A stretch of 64,000 nt of DNA. Source: Amnibacterium sp. GTDB lineage: Bacteria; Actinomycetota; Actinomycetes; Actinomycetales; Microbacteriaceae. The DNA is taken from positions 6,460-70,459 of the forward strand of contig NZ_JAODBE010000057.1 of the NCBI RefSeq assembly GCF_025463795.1, read 5' to 3'. The first letter of the stretch is position 1; every line of letters begins with the position of its first letter. Shown here piece by piece: positions 36,726 to 47,100 of the stretch. The position numbers and the translations under genes are program-made. Below the pieces are notes generated by a model that was not told the origin of the DNA, did not search any database, and was given only the letters and a program-made list of their open reading frames with translations.

Positions 36726-37745
36726 TCAGAGGGTGAGGAGCACCTTGGTCGCGCGGCGCTCGTCCATGGCCCTGTAGCCCTCGGCGGCCTGCTCCAGCGG
36801 GAGGGTGAGGTCGAAGACCTTGCCGGGGTCGATCGTGCGGTCCCAGATGAGCCGGATCAGCTCGGGCAGGAACCGCCGCACGGGGGCCGGTCCGCCGTGG
36901 AGGTGCACGCCGGCCATGAACAGCTCGTCGCCGGGGATCGAGACGTCGTGGGAGACGCCGACGAAGCCGACGTGGCCGCCGGGCCGGGTGGAGCGGATGG
37001 CCTGGTCCATGGCCTCCTGGGTGCCGACGGCCTCGATGACGCTGTGCGCGCCGAGTCCGTTCGTGAGCTCCTTGACCTTCCCGACGCCCGCGTCGCCGCG
37101 CTCCTCGACGACGTCCGTGGCACCGAATTCGCGCGCCAGCGCCTGCCGGTCCGCATGCCGGCTGAAGGCGATGATCCGCTCGGCGCCGAGCTGCTTCGCG
37201 GCGAGCACCCCGAGCAGACCCACGGCCCCGTCGCCGACGACGGCGACGGTCCTGCCCGGGCCGACCTCAGCGGCGACGGCGGCGAACCAGCCGGTCCCGA
37301 GCACGTCGGAGGCGGCCATCAGCGACGGGATCAGGTCCGGGTCCGGCTGCCCGGGCGTCGCGACGAGGGTCCCGTCCGCGAGCGGGATGCGGGCCTTGGT
37401 GGCCTGCGTGCCGATGGTGCCCATGAGCACCCGGTGCACGCAGTAGGCCTGGTATCCGGCCCGGCAGATCTCGCAGGTGTTGTCGGAGGCCCAGAACGAG
37501 CCGACGACGAAGTCGCCGACCTGCACCGTCGACACCTCTGCGCCGATCTCCTCGACGATGCCCACGTACTCATGGCCCATGACCGCGTCGTGGACCTCCT
37601 CGACGCCCCGGTAGGGCCACAGGTCGGATCCGCAGCTGCAGGTCGCCGACAGTCGGAGGATCGCGTCGGTGGGTTCGATGATCCTCGGGTCATCCCGGTC
37701 CTCGATCCGGACGTCTCCGGGGGCGTGCAGTACGACTCCGCGCAT
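36726..37745 (-). CDS. Zinc-dependent alcohol dehydrogenase (MDR family)
   Basis: GAGGAG precedes ATG 37745. Contains GHEYVGIVEEIG, structural-Zn cysteines CEICRAGYQAYC and VVGDGAVGLLG. Confidence 0.92.
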   Translation of the reverse strand: MRGVVLHAPGDVRIEDRDDPRIIEPTDAILRLSATCSCGSDLWPYRGVEEVHDAVMGHEYVGIVEEIGAEVSTVQVGDFVVGSFWASDNTCEICRAGYQAYCVHRVLMGTIGTQATKARIPLADGTLVATPGQPDPDLIPSLMAASDVLGTGWFAAVAAEVGPGRTVAVVGDGAVGLLGVLAAKQLGAERIIAFSRHADRQALAREFGATDVVEERGDAGVGKVKELTNGLGAHSVIEAVGTQEAMDQAIRSTRPGGHVGFVGVSHDVSIPGDELFMAGVHLHGGPAPVRRFLPELIRLIWDRTIDPGKVFDLTLPLEQAAEGYRAMDERRATKVLLTL

Positions 37746-37896
37746 ACGACGGGCTCCTCGCTGGTGGGGCGCGAGCAGGGGCTGCTCGAGCGCTGCCACC
37801 ATCAGACGCCCGGGCGGCCGGACGAAGGAGTGCCTGGCGAGGGGTGTACCAGCAGGGCATCCCTGGCCGGGAGGACGGCTCCCTATCCTGTCCGGC

Positions 37897-38775
37897 ATGG
37901 ACACACGGGCCGAGGTGCGGGAGTTCCTCGTGACGCGCCGCGCGCGCCTCACGCCGGACAAGGTCGGCATCCTCGCCGGCGGGAACCGGCGCGTGCCGGG
38001 CCTGCGGCGCAGCGAGGTCGCGTCGCTCGCCGGGTTGAGCGTCGAGTACTACTCGAAGATCGAACGCGGCGACATCGCGGGCGCCTCCGCATCCGTGCTC
38101 GAGGCGATCGCCGGCGCGCTGCGCCTGGACGACACCGAGCGCGCCCACCTCTCCGATCTCGCCCGCGCCTCCGACGGGATCCCCGTGTCGGGTCGCGTGC
38201 GGCGCCGGCCCGTACGCACCGGCGCGCCCCGCCCGAGCCTCAACTGGGCGCTCGAGGCCCTCACCGACGCCGTCGCATTCGTGCGCAACTCCCGGCAGGA
38301 CCTGCTCGCGACCAACGCGCTGGGGCGGGCGTTCTACGCACCGGTGATCGGCGACGGCGGGCGGGTGCCCAACCTCGCGCGGTTCCAGTTCCTGGACCCG
38401 GCCTCCCACGACTTCTACCCCGACTGGGACCGCTTCGCCGAGATGTGCGTCGCGATCATGCGGGCCGAAGCGGGCCGCGACCCGCACGACCGGGCCATGC
38501 AGGACCTCGTCGGCGAGCTCTCGACGCGGAGCGAGCTCTTCCGGTCGCTCTGGGGCGCGCACGACGTGCGGACGCACGGGTCCGGCACGAAGCGCTTCAA
38601 CCACCCGATCGTGGGCGAGGTCGTGCTCGCCTACGAAGAGCTCGCGATCACGGCCGACCCGGGCCACATCCTGATGGTCTACACGGCCGAGCCCGGCTCA
38701 CCTTCCGCCGACCGGCTCACGCTGCTGTCGTCCTGGGCGATGTCGGACCCGGTCGTTCGAAGCCACGAAGCCTGA
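37897..38775 (+). CDS. MmyB-like (XRE helix-turn-helix plus C-terminal ligand-type domain) transcriptional regulator
   Basis: MDTRAEVREFLVTRRARLTPDKVG...LRRSEVASLAGLSVEYYSKIERG... A paralog lies at 62804..63700. Confidence 0.88.
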   Translation: MDTRAEVREFLVTRRARLTPDKVGILAGGNRRVPGLRRSEVASLAGLSVEYYSKIERGDIAGASASVLEAIAGALRLDDTERAHLSDLARASDGIPVSGRVRRRPVRTGAPRPSLNWALEALTDAVAFVRNSRQDLLATNALGRAFYAPVIGDGGRVPNLARFQFLDPASHDFYPDWDRFAEMCVAIMRAEAGRDPHDRAMQDLVGELSTRSELFRSLWGAHDVRTHGSGTKRFNHPIVGEVVLAYEELAITADPGHILMVYTAEPGSPSADRLTLLSSWAMSDPVVRSHEA

Positions 38776-38884
38776 GCTCGGAACGATCGGCCCGGTCCTC
38801 CGGGCGGAACCTCGGCATCCGCCATGCCCGGGCGATCCTCAGCCGGGGCTTCCCGGGCCGAGTCGGTGGGAGCAGACTGGCGCG

Positions 38885-39589
38885 ATGGAGCCGGAGCCAT
38901 CCGGGCCGCCATCACCCGCCGTGAGGGCCCAGCTGCTGGCGACGGAGCACTGGAGCCTGCTCGCGTCACGCAGCACGGCGCAGGGCGAGGTGCTCACCCG
39001 CATCACCATCCATCTCACGCTGGTGTCCGCGGGACTCGTCACGCTCGGCCTGCTCGGCCAGGCGATGCCCTCCGAGGGTGGCTTCCCGGTCGCCGAGGTC
39101 GGCGTGCTCGCCTTCCTCGTCGTCGTCGGGCTGATGACCCAGATCCGGGTGGGCAGCGTCGCCGATCAGGACATGCAGTACGTCGTCGCGATGAACCGAC
39201 TGCGCGCGGCGTACGTCGATCTCGATCCGGGCGTCGAGCGCTACTTCCTCGCGGCGAGCCACGACGACGAGGCAGGAATGCGCCGCACCTACTCGTTCAT
39301 CCTGGTGGAGGGCGCGAGCCACGTCTTCGGCAGCTCGTTCATGCTCGTCTTCACCGTCAACGGTCTCCTGCTCGGCCTGCTCGGCGCCTCGGTCGTGTCG
39401 GCGGCCGGCGGCACGGTCCTGCTCGCGACGGTGGTCGGCGTCGTGCTGGGGCTCGCCTTCGTGGCCGGCAGCCTGATCTGGGGCATCCGCCACTACGACC
39501 GCACGTGGCGCACCTACCGCCCCATCCGACCTCATTCCCCGTCCGATGCGGGAGCGAGCGGGTCCGCTCCGGGGAACGACGCCGGATAG
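38885..39589 (+). CDS. Hypothetical membrane protein (about 4 TM helices)
   Basis: LLATEHWSLLASRS... is followed by hydrophobic spans. Third positions are G/C-rich. Confidence 0.65.
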   Translation: MEPEPSGPPSPAVRAQLLATEHWSLLASRSTAQGEVLTRITIHLTLVSAGLVTLGLLGQAMPSEGGFPVAEVGVLAFLVVVGLMTQIRVGSVADQDMQYVVAMNRLRAAYVDLDPGVERYFLAASHDDEAGMRRTYSFILVEGASHVFGSSFMLVFTVNGLLLGLLGASVVSAAGGTVLLATVVGVVLGLAFVAGSLIWGIRHYDRTWRTYRPIRPHSPSDAGASGSAPGNDAG

Positions 39590-39756
39590 CCGGCCGGGAG
39601 TGCCGGGGGATCCCGAGGAGGGCGGCTCCCGGGACGGGAGCCGCCGAGGACGAGGGGTTCCCTGCCGGTGCACCCTTCAGCGGGGACTCCCGCCGCTCGC
39701 GAGCAGCGGCTTTCGTGGTCGTCGTCGAGTCGTTCGGCCGAGGAGGGTGCCGCGCC

Positions 39757-40980
39757 ATGGAGAAGACCGCCGTCCGGGGCGCGATCCCCGCATCGCTGAT
39801 CGCGACCGCGGTGCTGATCAGCTCGGTCGCGCCCCTCGCGACCGACATGTATGTGCCCGCCTTCCCGCACGTCGCCCGCGACCTCGCCGCGTCCACGACG
39901 GCGGTGCAGCTGACCCTGACGACGTTCTTCGTCGGCATGGCGCTCGGCCAGCTGCTCGGCGGCCCGATCTCCGACCAACGGGGACGCCGGATGCCGCTGG
40001 TGCTCGGGACCGTCGGCGTCACGCTGGCGAGCGTCGTCTGCGCCCTCGCGCCCTCGATCGAGGTCCTCGCCGTGGCGAGGCTCGCGCAGGGCTTCGCCGG
40101 CGGCTGGGCGATGGTGGTCGTCCGCGCCGTGCTCGTCGATCTCGCCCGGGGGAGCCGGCTGGTCCGGGTGCTCAACCTCATGAGCGGCGTCGGCGGGATC
40201 GCGCTCATCCTCGGGCCCCTGCTCGGCGGCGTGATCGTGCAGTTCTCCGTGTGGCAGACGTCGTTCTGGCTCGTCGCCGCCGCCGGCGTCGCGATGACGG
40301 CCTGCGTGCTGCGGTTCGTGCCCGACACGCTGCCCCGCGGCCAGCGGCACGGCGGCGGGCTGCGAACCTTCGTCACCGCCTCGACGGCGGTGCTGAAGGA
40401 CCGTCGCTACGTCGGCTACGTCGTCGTCGCGTCGGCGATGATGATCGTCGTCTTCGCGTACGTGTCGTCGTCGGCGTTCATCCTCGAGGACGTCAACGGC
40501 CTCGGGCCGATCCAGTACTCGATCGACTTCGCCGGCAACGCCGCGGCCGCATCCATCGCCGCGCTGCTCGCGGCACGGCTCGCGCGCCGGGTGCCCACCC
40601 GTCGCGTGATCGGGGCCGGGCAGGGTCTCGGCATCGCGGGCGCCGTGGTGCTGCTCGCCGCCGGGTCGCTCCTGGACGCCGCGCTGGTGCCGGTGATCGT
40701 GGGCTTCCTCGCGCTGATGCTCAGCCACGGGCTCAGCACCGCCAACGCCGGCGCGCTGGCCTCCGCGCAGGTTCCCGAGCATCCGGGCACCGGCTCCGCC
40801 GTCCTCGGGATGTTCCAGTGGCTCGCGGCGGGGATCGGGGCGCCGATCGCGGGGTTGCTCGGATCCGATCTCACGGTCGCTGCTGCGCAGCTCGCGCTGG
40901 CTGGGCTCCTCGTGTCGCTGATCGGGTTCCTCGTCCTGGCCCGCCGGAACCCACCGGCCCGGGCGGTGGTCACCCCGTGA
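39757..40980 (+). CDS. MFS transporter, Bcr/CflA-type drug resistance
   Basis: GAGGAGGG precedes ATG 39757. Contains GPISDQRGRRMPL and 12 hydrophobic spans. Confidence 0.9.
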   Translation: MEKTAVRGAIPASLIATAVLISSVAPLATDMYVPAFPHVARDLAASTTAVQLTLTTFFVGMALGQLLGGPISDQRGRRMPLVLGTVGVTLASVVCALAPSIEVLAVARLAQGFAGGWAMVVVRAVLVDLARGSRLVRVLNLMSGVGGIALILGPLLGGVIVQFSVWQTSFWLVAAAGVAMTACVLRFVPDTLPRGQRHGGGLRTFVTASTAVLKDRRYVGYVVVASAMMIVVFAYVSSSAFILEDVNGLGPIQYSIDFAGNAAAASIAALLAARLARRVPTRRVIGAGQGLGIAGAVVLLAAGSLLDAALVPVIVGFLALMLSHGLSTANAGALASAQVPEHPGTGSAVLGMFQWLAAGIGAPIAGLLGSDLTVAAAQLALAGLLVSLIGFLVLARRNPPARAVVTP

Positions 40981-40987
40981 CGGACGC

Positions 40988-41422
40988 TCAGCCGCCGATC
41001 GCCTTGCGGACCAGCTCCGCGACGACCTTCTCGTCGGCGGGGGAGATCTCGGTGACCGCCCAGGACGTCGGCCACATCGTGCCCTCGTCGAGCTGCGCCG
41101 GCCCGAAGAAGGCGAGGTTGGCGTAGCGGCCCTTGAACCGTGCGCGCTCCTGGAAGAACAGCACGGGCTTGCCCTCCGCCGTGGCGTAGGCGGGGCTGCC
41201 GTAGAGCAGCTTGGGGAGCAGCGCCGGGGCGACCTCGGTGACGATCGCGTGGATCCGCTGCGCGTTCGTCCGGTCCGGCTCCTCCATCGAGGCGATCTTG
41301 TCGAGCACCGACTGCAGCGCGGCCGCGGCGACCTCCTGCGCCTTGAGCTCCTTCGCCTGCTGCCGCGCGGCTGCGCGCTCCTCGATCGTGGATGCGGGGC
41401 TGGGCGCCTTGACCTCTGCCAT
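40988..41422 (-). CDS. DUF1801 (YdhG-like) domain protein
   Basis: ...KIASMEEPDRTNAQRIHAIV...YGSPAYATAEGKPVLFF...DEGTMWPTSWAV... The start is ATG 41422, or GTG 41458. Confidence 0.85.
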   Translation of the reverse strand: MAEVKAPSPASTIEERAAARQQAKELKAQEVAAAALQSVLDKIASMEEPDRTNAQRIHAIVTEVAPALLPKLLYGSPAYATAEGKPVLFFQERARFKGRYANLAFFGPAQLDEGTMWPTSWAVTEISPADEKVVAELVRKAIGG

Positions 41423-41538
41423 GGGGTCATTGTGGTGGGACGCGCGCTCGGGAACCACTCCTCGTCGGCCTGCTCACGCCCCGCCGCGGCTCGCGCGGCG
41501 AGGACCGAGACGGATCGGACGGCACGCTGCCCGGAGGC

Positions 41539-41838
41539 TCACTCGACGGCGAGCAGCACGGTCCAGGGGCGCACCCGCACGCGGAAGAGGCCCTGCCGGA
41601 CGCTCTCGTCCTCCTCGGCGAGCCGTCGTGCTTCGTTCTCGTCCACGCCGCGGAGGACCGCCATTCCGGTACCCGGACGATCGTCCAACGGCCCGGCGCC
41701 GACGAGCCGCCCCTGCTCGTGCAGGCGGCCCAGGAACGCGACGTGCAGGCCGAAGCGGGGGTCGGCGAAGACGCCGGCGCCGATCGGGTCGACGGGCTCG
41801 TGCAGCAGCACGTACCACTGCTGCGGCTCGTCGCTCAT
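41539..41838 (-). CDS. YCII-related domain protein
   Basis: MSDEPQQWYVLLHEPVDP...HVAFLGRLHEQGRLVGAGPL... The ATG overlaps the upstream stop (ATGA). Confidence 0.85.
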   Translation of the reverse strand: MSDEPQQWYVLLHEPVDPIGAGVFADPRFGLHVAFLGRLHEQGRLVGAGPLDDRPGTGMAVLRGVDENEARRLAEEDESVRQGLFRVRVRPWTVLLAVE

Positions 41839-42272
41839 GCCGACTCCGCCGAAGTCGCGACTCGGAAGCGATCCAGCACCATCGGCCATCCGTGGTCGTA
41901 CTCGGCCCGAGCGGCGGCGGCGTCCGCATACGCCCCCCACCCGGCGTGCTCGAGCACCACGAGCGTGGCGTCCCCGCGTTCGGTGAAGCTGACCGTCACC
42001 CGTCCGGCGACGCCTGCGTCCCGGCCCGGATGCCAGGTGAAGGAGACCTGATCCGGTGGATCCCACGCCGTGACCGTTCCCCACACCGCTCGGCGCCCGT
42101 CAGCGGCCGTCTCGACGATCTCGCCGTCGACGAAGGCGACGGAACCGTCCCCATGGACGGAGAGCTCGGCGAGCGGCCACCAGGTCCCGATCCTGGTCGT
42201 GAACACCTCGAAGGCGATCGCCGGCACGGCCGGCACGAGCACCTCCCGGCGGACGGGTGGCAGGTCAGGCAT
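41835..42272 (-). CDS. SRPBCC / AHSA1-like domain protein
   Basis: VRREVLVPAVPAIAFEVFTTRIGTWWP... It overlaps the arsR-like gene by 8 nt. Confidence 0.88.
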   Translation of the reverse strand: MPDLPPVRREVLVPAVPAIAFEVFTTRIGTWWPLAELSVHGDGSVAFVDGEIVETAADGRRAVWGTVTAWDPPDQVSFTWHPGRDAGVAGRVTVSFTERGDATLVVLEHAGWGAYADAAAARAEYDHGWPMVLDRFRVATSAESA

Positions 42273-42603
42273 CGGTCCCTCGTCTCTCGTCGTCGGCGAG
42301 TGCGGCCTCGACCGCCCGCGCGTACTCGGCCAGCGCGCGATCCCACGTCCCCACCAGCCACTGCTGCGCCGCGGCGAGGCCCTCGGGAGCGAGCGCGTAG
42401 AGGTTCCGGGTGCCGGCGGAGCGGCTGCACACCAGGCCGGCGTCGCTCAGCACCTTGAGATGACGGCTGACCGCAGGCCGACCGATCGGCAGGTCGAGCG
42501 CGAGCGCTCCCACCGTCTGATCGCCCTGGCGCAGCAGCTCCAGGATGCGGCGGCGGTTGGCCTCGCCCAGCGCATCGAACACGGCTTCCGACTCGTTACT
42601 CAT
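42265..42603 (-). CDS. ArsR/SmtB-family transcriptional regulator
   Basis: VFDALGEANRRRILELLRQGDQTVGALALDLPIGRPAVSRHLKVLSDAGLV. Confidence 0.9.
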   Translation of the reverse strand: MSNESEAVFDALGEANRRRILELLRQGDQTVGALALDLPIGRPAVSRHLKVLSDAGLVCSRSAGTRNLYALAPEGLAAAQQWLVGTWDRALAEYARAVEAALADDERRGTDA

Positions 42604-42627
42604 CAGTAACGGTTACTCTAGAGTAAC
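42595..42627. promoter_or_regulatory. Two tandem 16-bp perfect palindromes. Candidate ArsR-type operator pair.
   Basis: GTTACT-catc-AGTAAC (42595-42610) and GTTACT-ctag-AGTAAC (42612-42627). The first spans the regulator start codon (42601-42603). Confidence 0.55.
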
Positions 42628-42661
42628 GGAGCCGCGCGGGGTCCACCGGCGATGCCGATCG

Positions 42662-43324
42662 CTACTGGAGCACGCCGTCGCGCAGGGTGAATACGAGCCC
42701 GCATCGCTCCGTGAGCTCCCGGTCGTGGGTCGCGACGATGACGGTGGCTCCGCGCCGCGCCAGGTCGAGGAGGAGGCCGGTGATGCGTTCGCGGTTCTCG
42801 GCATCGAGCTGAGCGGTCGGCTCGTCGGCGAGCATCAGGTCGGGTCCGGTGGAGATCGCGCGGGCGAGCGAGATGCGCTGCTGCTCGCCGCCGGAGAGCT
42901 CGTCGACGAGGTGGTCCGCCCGTGCGGCGAGGCCGACGCTGTCCAACGCGGTCCCGGCGGCGGTCCGCAGCGCGCGGCGGTCGGGGCGCCTCGCCCTGGG
43001 CAGGCCTTGCGCGGCGAGCTCGACGTTCTCCGCTGCGGTGAGCAGGGAGAGGAGTCCGAACGACTGGTGCGCGATCTGCACGCGGCCGCTCCAGGGATGC
43101 CGGGTGCGCGGCGTGACGCGGCTCCCGTTGTAGAGGACCTCGCCTCGGTCCGGTGCCTGCAGGGCACCGAGGACCGTCAGGAGGGACGTCTTGCCCGATC
43201 CGGACGGCCCGGTGAGGGCAGCGAGGTGTCCTGCCGGCACGGTGAGATCCGCACCGTCCAGGATCGTGCGGCCCCCGAGGCGGAGCTCGATGCCGGTTGC
43301 CGAGAGCTGGATGGGGCCGATCAC
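42662..43324 (-). CDS. ABC transporter ATP-binding protein
   Basis: Walker A GPSGSGKTS, signature LSGGEQQR, Walker B LMLADEPT. Confidence 0.93.
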   Translation of the reverse strand: MIGPIQLSATGIELRLGGRTILDGADLTVPAGHLAALTGPSGSGKTSLLTVLGALQAPDRGEVLYNGSRVTPRTRHPWSGRVQIAHQSFGLLSLLTAAENVELAAQGLPRARRPDRRALRTAAGTALDSVGLAARADHLVDELSGGEQQRISLARAISTGPDLMLADEPTAQLDAENRERITGLLLDLARRGATVIVATHDRELTERCGLVFTLRDGVLQ

Positions 43325-44166
43325 GAGCGCTCATCCCGGTCGGCCGCAATCGGGTGCAGCTCGATGTGGTCTGGGCGGCGGACGACACGTGCTCGTCCGC
43401 CCGCAGGGAACCGGTCGGCGAGATCGGCGGGGAGCTGGACGGTGCCGTCCCGGCCGATGACGGCGTACTGCTCGCCGCTCCGGGCCTCGGTTCCGATGCG
43501 GCCGTCGCGCATGGTGAGGCGGCGGTCCATCGCCTCACCGAGCTCGGCGTCGTGCGTGACCACGATCACGGTCGTTCCCCATCGGTCTCGCGCGGTCCGG
43601 AGCAGCTGAGCGATGCCGGCGGCGTTTTCGCGGTCTAGCTGGCTCGTCGGCTCGTCGGCGAGCAGGAGGCGCGGGCCGGTGGCGAGAGCCGCGGCGAGGG
43701 CGACCCGCTGCTGCTCGCCGCCGGAGAGCGTGCCTGCTCGGCGACGTGATGCCGCCTCCATCCCGACCGCTTCGAGGAGCTCCGCCGCTCGTCGATGACG
43801 GACGGCGCGAGGTGCGCGAGCGGCCAGTTGGGCCAGTTCGACGTTCGCCCGCACGGACGCGTAGGGGAGGAGGTTGCGTTCCGGTCCCTGCATCAGCATG
43901 CCGATGTCCTGGCTGCGGTGACTGAGCACCTCGCGCTCGGTGGCGCGGGCGACGTCGCGGCCGAGCACGTGGACCTGGCCCGCGCTCGGGCGCAGCAGGC
44001 CGGCCAGCAGGGCCATCAGGGTGGACTTCCCGGACCCGGAGGGGCCGACGAGCGCGACCAGCTCTCCCTCCTCGACGAGCAGGTCGGCTCCACGGAGCGC
44101 GACCACCTCGCTGTCGACGGTTCGGTGGATGCACACGGCCTGCTGCACATCGACGACGACGCTCAC
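43321..44166 (-). CDS. ABC transporter ATP-binding protein with a ~60-aa C-terminal extension
   Basis: GPSGSGKST, LSGGEQQR and LLLADEPT. The tail is ...GTEARSGEQYAVIGRDGTVQLPADLADRF... Confidence 0.93.
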   Translation of the reverse strand: MSVVVDVQQAVCIHRTVDSEVVALRGADLLVEEGELVALVGPSGSGKSTLMALLAGLLRPSAGQVHVLGRDVARATEREVLSHRSQDIGMLMQGPERNLLPYASVRANVELAQLAARAPRAVRHRRAAELLEAVGMEAASRRRAGTLSGGEQQRVALAAALATGPRLLLADEPTSQLDRENAAGIAQLLRTARDRWGTTVIVVTHDAELGEAMDRRLTMRDGRIGTEARSGEQYAVIGRDGTVQLPADLADRFPAGGRARVVRRPDHIELHPIAADRDERS

Positions 44167-47100
44167 TGCTCGGCCTCTCGGAGGGCGCTGACCGACGTAC
44201 GTCGGTCGAGGACGACGGCGGTCACCGCGACGGCGGCGAGGAGCAGCGCCACGATCCCAGCGCCGACCAGGGCGAGCGTGCCCAGAGGCTGGTGGACGAG
44301 GAACGCCGGGTAGGCCGGGTCGTCGACGTAGGCGGGCAGCGCGGGCAGCGCGAGCTGGACGCTCGCCAGGGCGAGCACGAGTCCGCAGATCGTCGCGGCG
44401 ACGACGAGGAGTCCTTGCTCGACGAGGACCGATCCGCGCAGGCTGCGAGTTCGGATGCCGAGAGCGCGCATGGCGGAGAGCTCGAACACCCTCCTGCGGG
44501 CGAGGAGCGCGATGCCGAGCACGACCGCGGCCGTGGCGAGCAGCACGGCGGTGACGCCGCCGGCGACCGTGAAGGGTGTCGCGAACCCCGGCCCGGTCGA
44601 GGCGAGGGCCGACGCGCGACCGGCTGCGCTCTCAACGGACAGCACGCGGACGCCCGCAGAGCGGAGCCGATCGACGATGTCGTGCGGCGCATCGCGGCCC
44701 ACCCAGATCTGGTTCTCCAGCAGGTGCGAGTACCCGGACGGCGACGCGGCCTCGACCCAGTCGTGGGCCAGGACGACCCCTGCGTCACCCAGTCGAGGCA
44801 CGACTGCGACGGCGCCTCTGCGGCTCACCGAGAAGGCGTCGCCGTCCGGTGTCTGCACCCTCACGTCGGAGGAGGTACCGGTCAGGTGCGTCGCGACGAG
44901 AGCGGGCGGGGTGATGTCGGCTCCTGCGATGATGCCGAAGCCGGGCGCGTCCTCGCTCGGTTGCCCGACGACGGAGATGGTGACTCGCACGCCCTCGGGC
45001 CCGACCGCGGCCTTCTCGGCGGCGGTGATGTTCCCCGTCGGGTTCGGGTTCAGCGGTGACCACTCCACACCCGCGAGCGTCGGCTGCACGAGCGGCCCGG
45101 CGCCGCCGGTCACCCGGATGGAGTGGATGGTGAAGCCGACCACGAGCGCGTCGAGCTGATCGATCGGGCGCGTGAGGTAGATCCGCCGGAGCCGGCATCC
45201 GCCGGCGCAGGCCTTCACGTCCGCCGTGTAGGTCCTGGTGCCGGGCGCGAGCACGCCGAGCCTGGCGGTGAGTGCCGAACCCCGATCGTCCGTCAGATCC
45301 GCGGCGAGACCCAGGGAGGCCGGAACCTTCGTAGTGCTGATGGACAGGGCGATGCGCGTGCCGGTGATCACGGGCACCGCGGGTGCCGGAGCAGAGAGCG
45401 GCCGCAGCAGTGCGGCGAGCGGCGCGGATCCGAAGTCGCTGCGCCAGTACGCGACCGCCCCGAACGTCCTCGGGTCGACCACGAGCACCGAGGGGGAGCC
45501 GCTCGCAGTCGGGGTGCTGTCGAAGCCGCTGTAATCGGTCCCCAGCCCGATCGATGCTTCCGCGACGGGGGTCAGCGCTCGGCCCCTCGGGTCCACGGCG
45601 TGGATGCGCTCGTCCGTCCTCGGATCCGGAGCGATGTGGAGCACCGTCGGCGCCCCGACGTCCGTCAGGGCGCGTTCGTCGCGGTTCTGCGCCAGGACGG
45701 CGGCGCTGCTGACGCCGTACAGCGCCATCGCGACGGCGACGACCAGCACCCCGAAGGTCCGACGTCCGGCGGGGCGCCGCGCGAGCTGACGCAGGCCGAC
45801 GAAGACGCTGACCGCCCCCGTGCCGCGCGTGGGACCGAAGCCGAGCCGGGCCAGCAGCACGACCGCCCTGCTCGCCACCAGGGCGCCGGCGACGATCAGC
45901 AGCATGGGGGCGAGGATGGCGATCCCGCTGCCGGTGCCGACGGCGAGCGAACCGGACAGCAGCAGCTGGGCGATCCCCGCCACCGCGAGCACGACGACGA
46001 CGACCTCCGCGACGACGCCTCGACCCGATCCGGCCCGACTCGTGCGGCGCCACTGCTCCAGCACGGGTCGCCGGAGCACCCGCGCACTTGCCGCGGATGC
46101 GGCGATCAGCCCGCCGGCGGCTGCCACGAGCGCCGCAGCCCACGACAGCCATCCCACCCGGATGTCGACCGCCGCACCGAGCACCGCCGGAACCAGCCAC
46201 CGTTCTGTGGCAGCCGCGATCAGCACCCCGAGCGGAACGGCCGCACCGAGCAGGATCGCCGGCTCCAGCAGGACGAGCACCAGGGTGCCGCCGGCCGACA
46301 TGCCCCGCACCTTGCTCAGCGCGACCTCGGCGCCGCGCCCCTCGACGGAGCCGCTCACCAGGGCGTGCAGCAGGTACCAGCCCAACGCGAGCAGCTCGGC
46401 GATCACCACGACGATCGGCAGCATCAACCGCGCGCCACCGTCCACCCCGGCCAGCACCACCTGCGGCATGCGGCTCGTCACATCAGGGCGGGTGGAGGTG
46501 CCGCTGTCCTGGAGACGCCGGACGGCGCTCGCGAGCGACCTCAGCACCGGTTCTGCCGACCTCACATGCACCGTCGACCGGTCGAGGGCCAGATCTGCGG
46601 ACGCGGTCACGCCGTCGACCGGTTCCGCCGTCAACGCGGAGAAGTATGCGGCGGGAACCCAAGCAGCGAGTGTGTACTGGCTGATGTCCGGGACGCCGCC
46701 GAACCAGTACGTGGCCGCCGGCTGACGCCGAACGGCGATCCCGCGCACGTGCAACGTGAGGGAACGGCCCTTGCTGAGCGGTGCGACGGCGACCCGCTGG
46801 CCCACGTGGAGGTGCAGCGCCCGGGCGACCACGTTCTCCACGACCACTCCCGTCCGGTCCGTCTCGCTGAGGCACGATCCGGCCAGGAGCCGCAGCGCCC
46901 CGCACAGCCCGTCGCGGCTGTCCAGTGCGATGCGCTGCACGCCGCCCGTGCGCCCGACCGCGGGTCGCTGCACCACCGACAGCTGCATCACCGCTGTCGG
47001 GTACGAGCCGCGAGACGGCCCGGTGAACGCGTCATCGACAGCGGACCGAAGCGCGGAGGTCGACGGCCGGCCTGTCTGCAGCGTCGCGACCTCGATGCCC

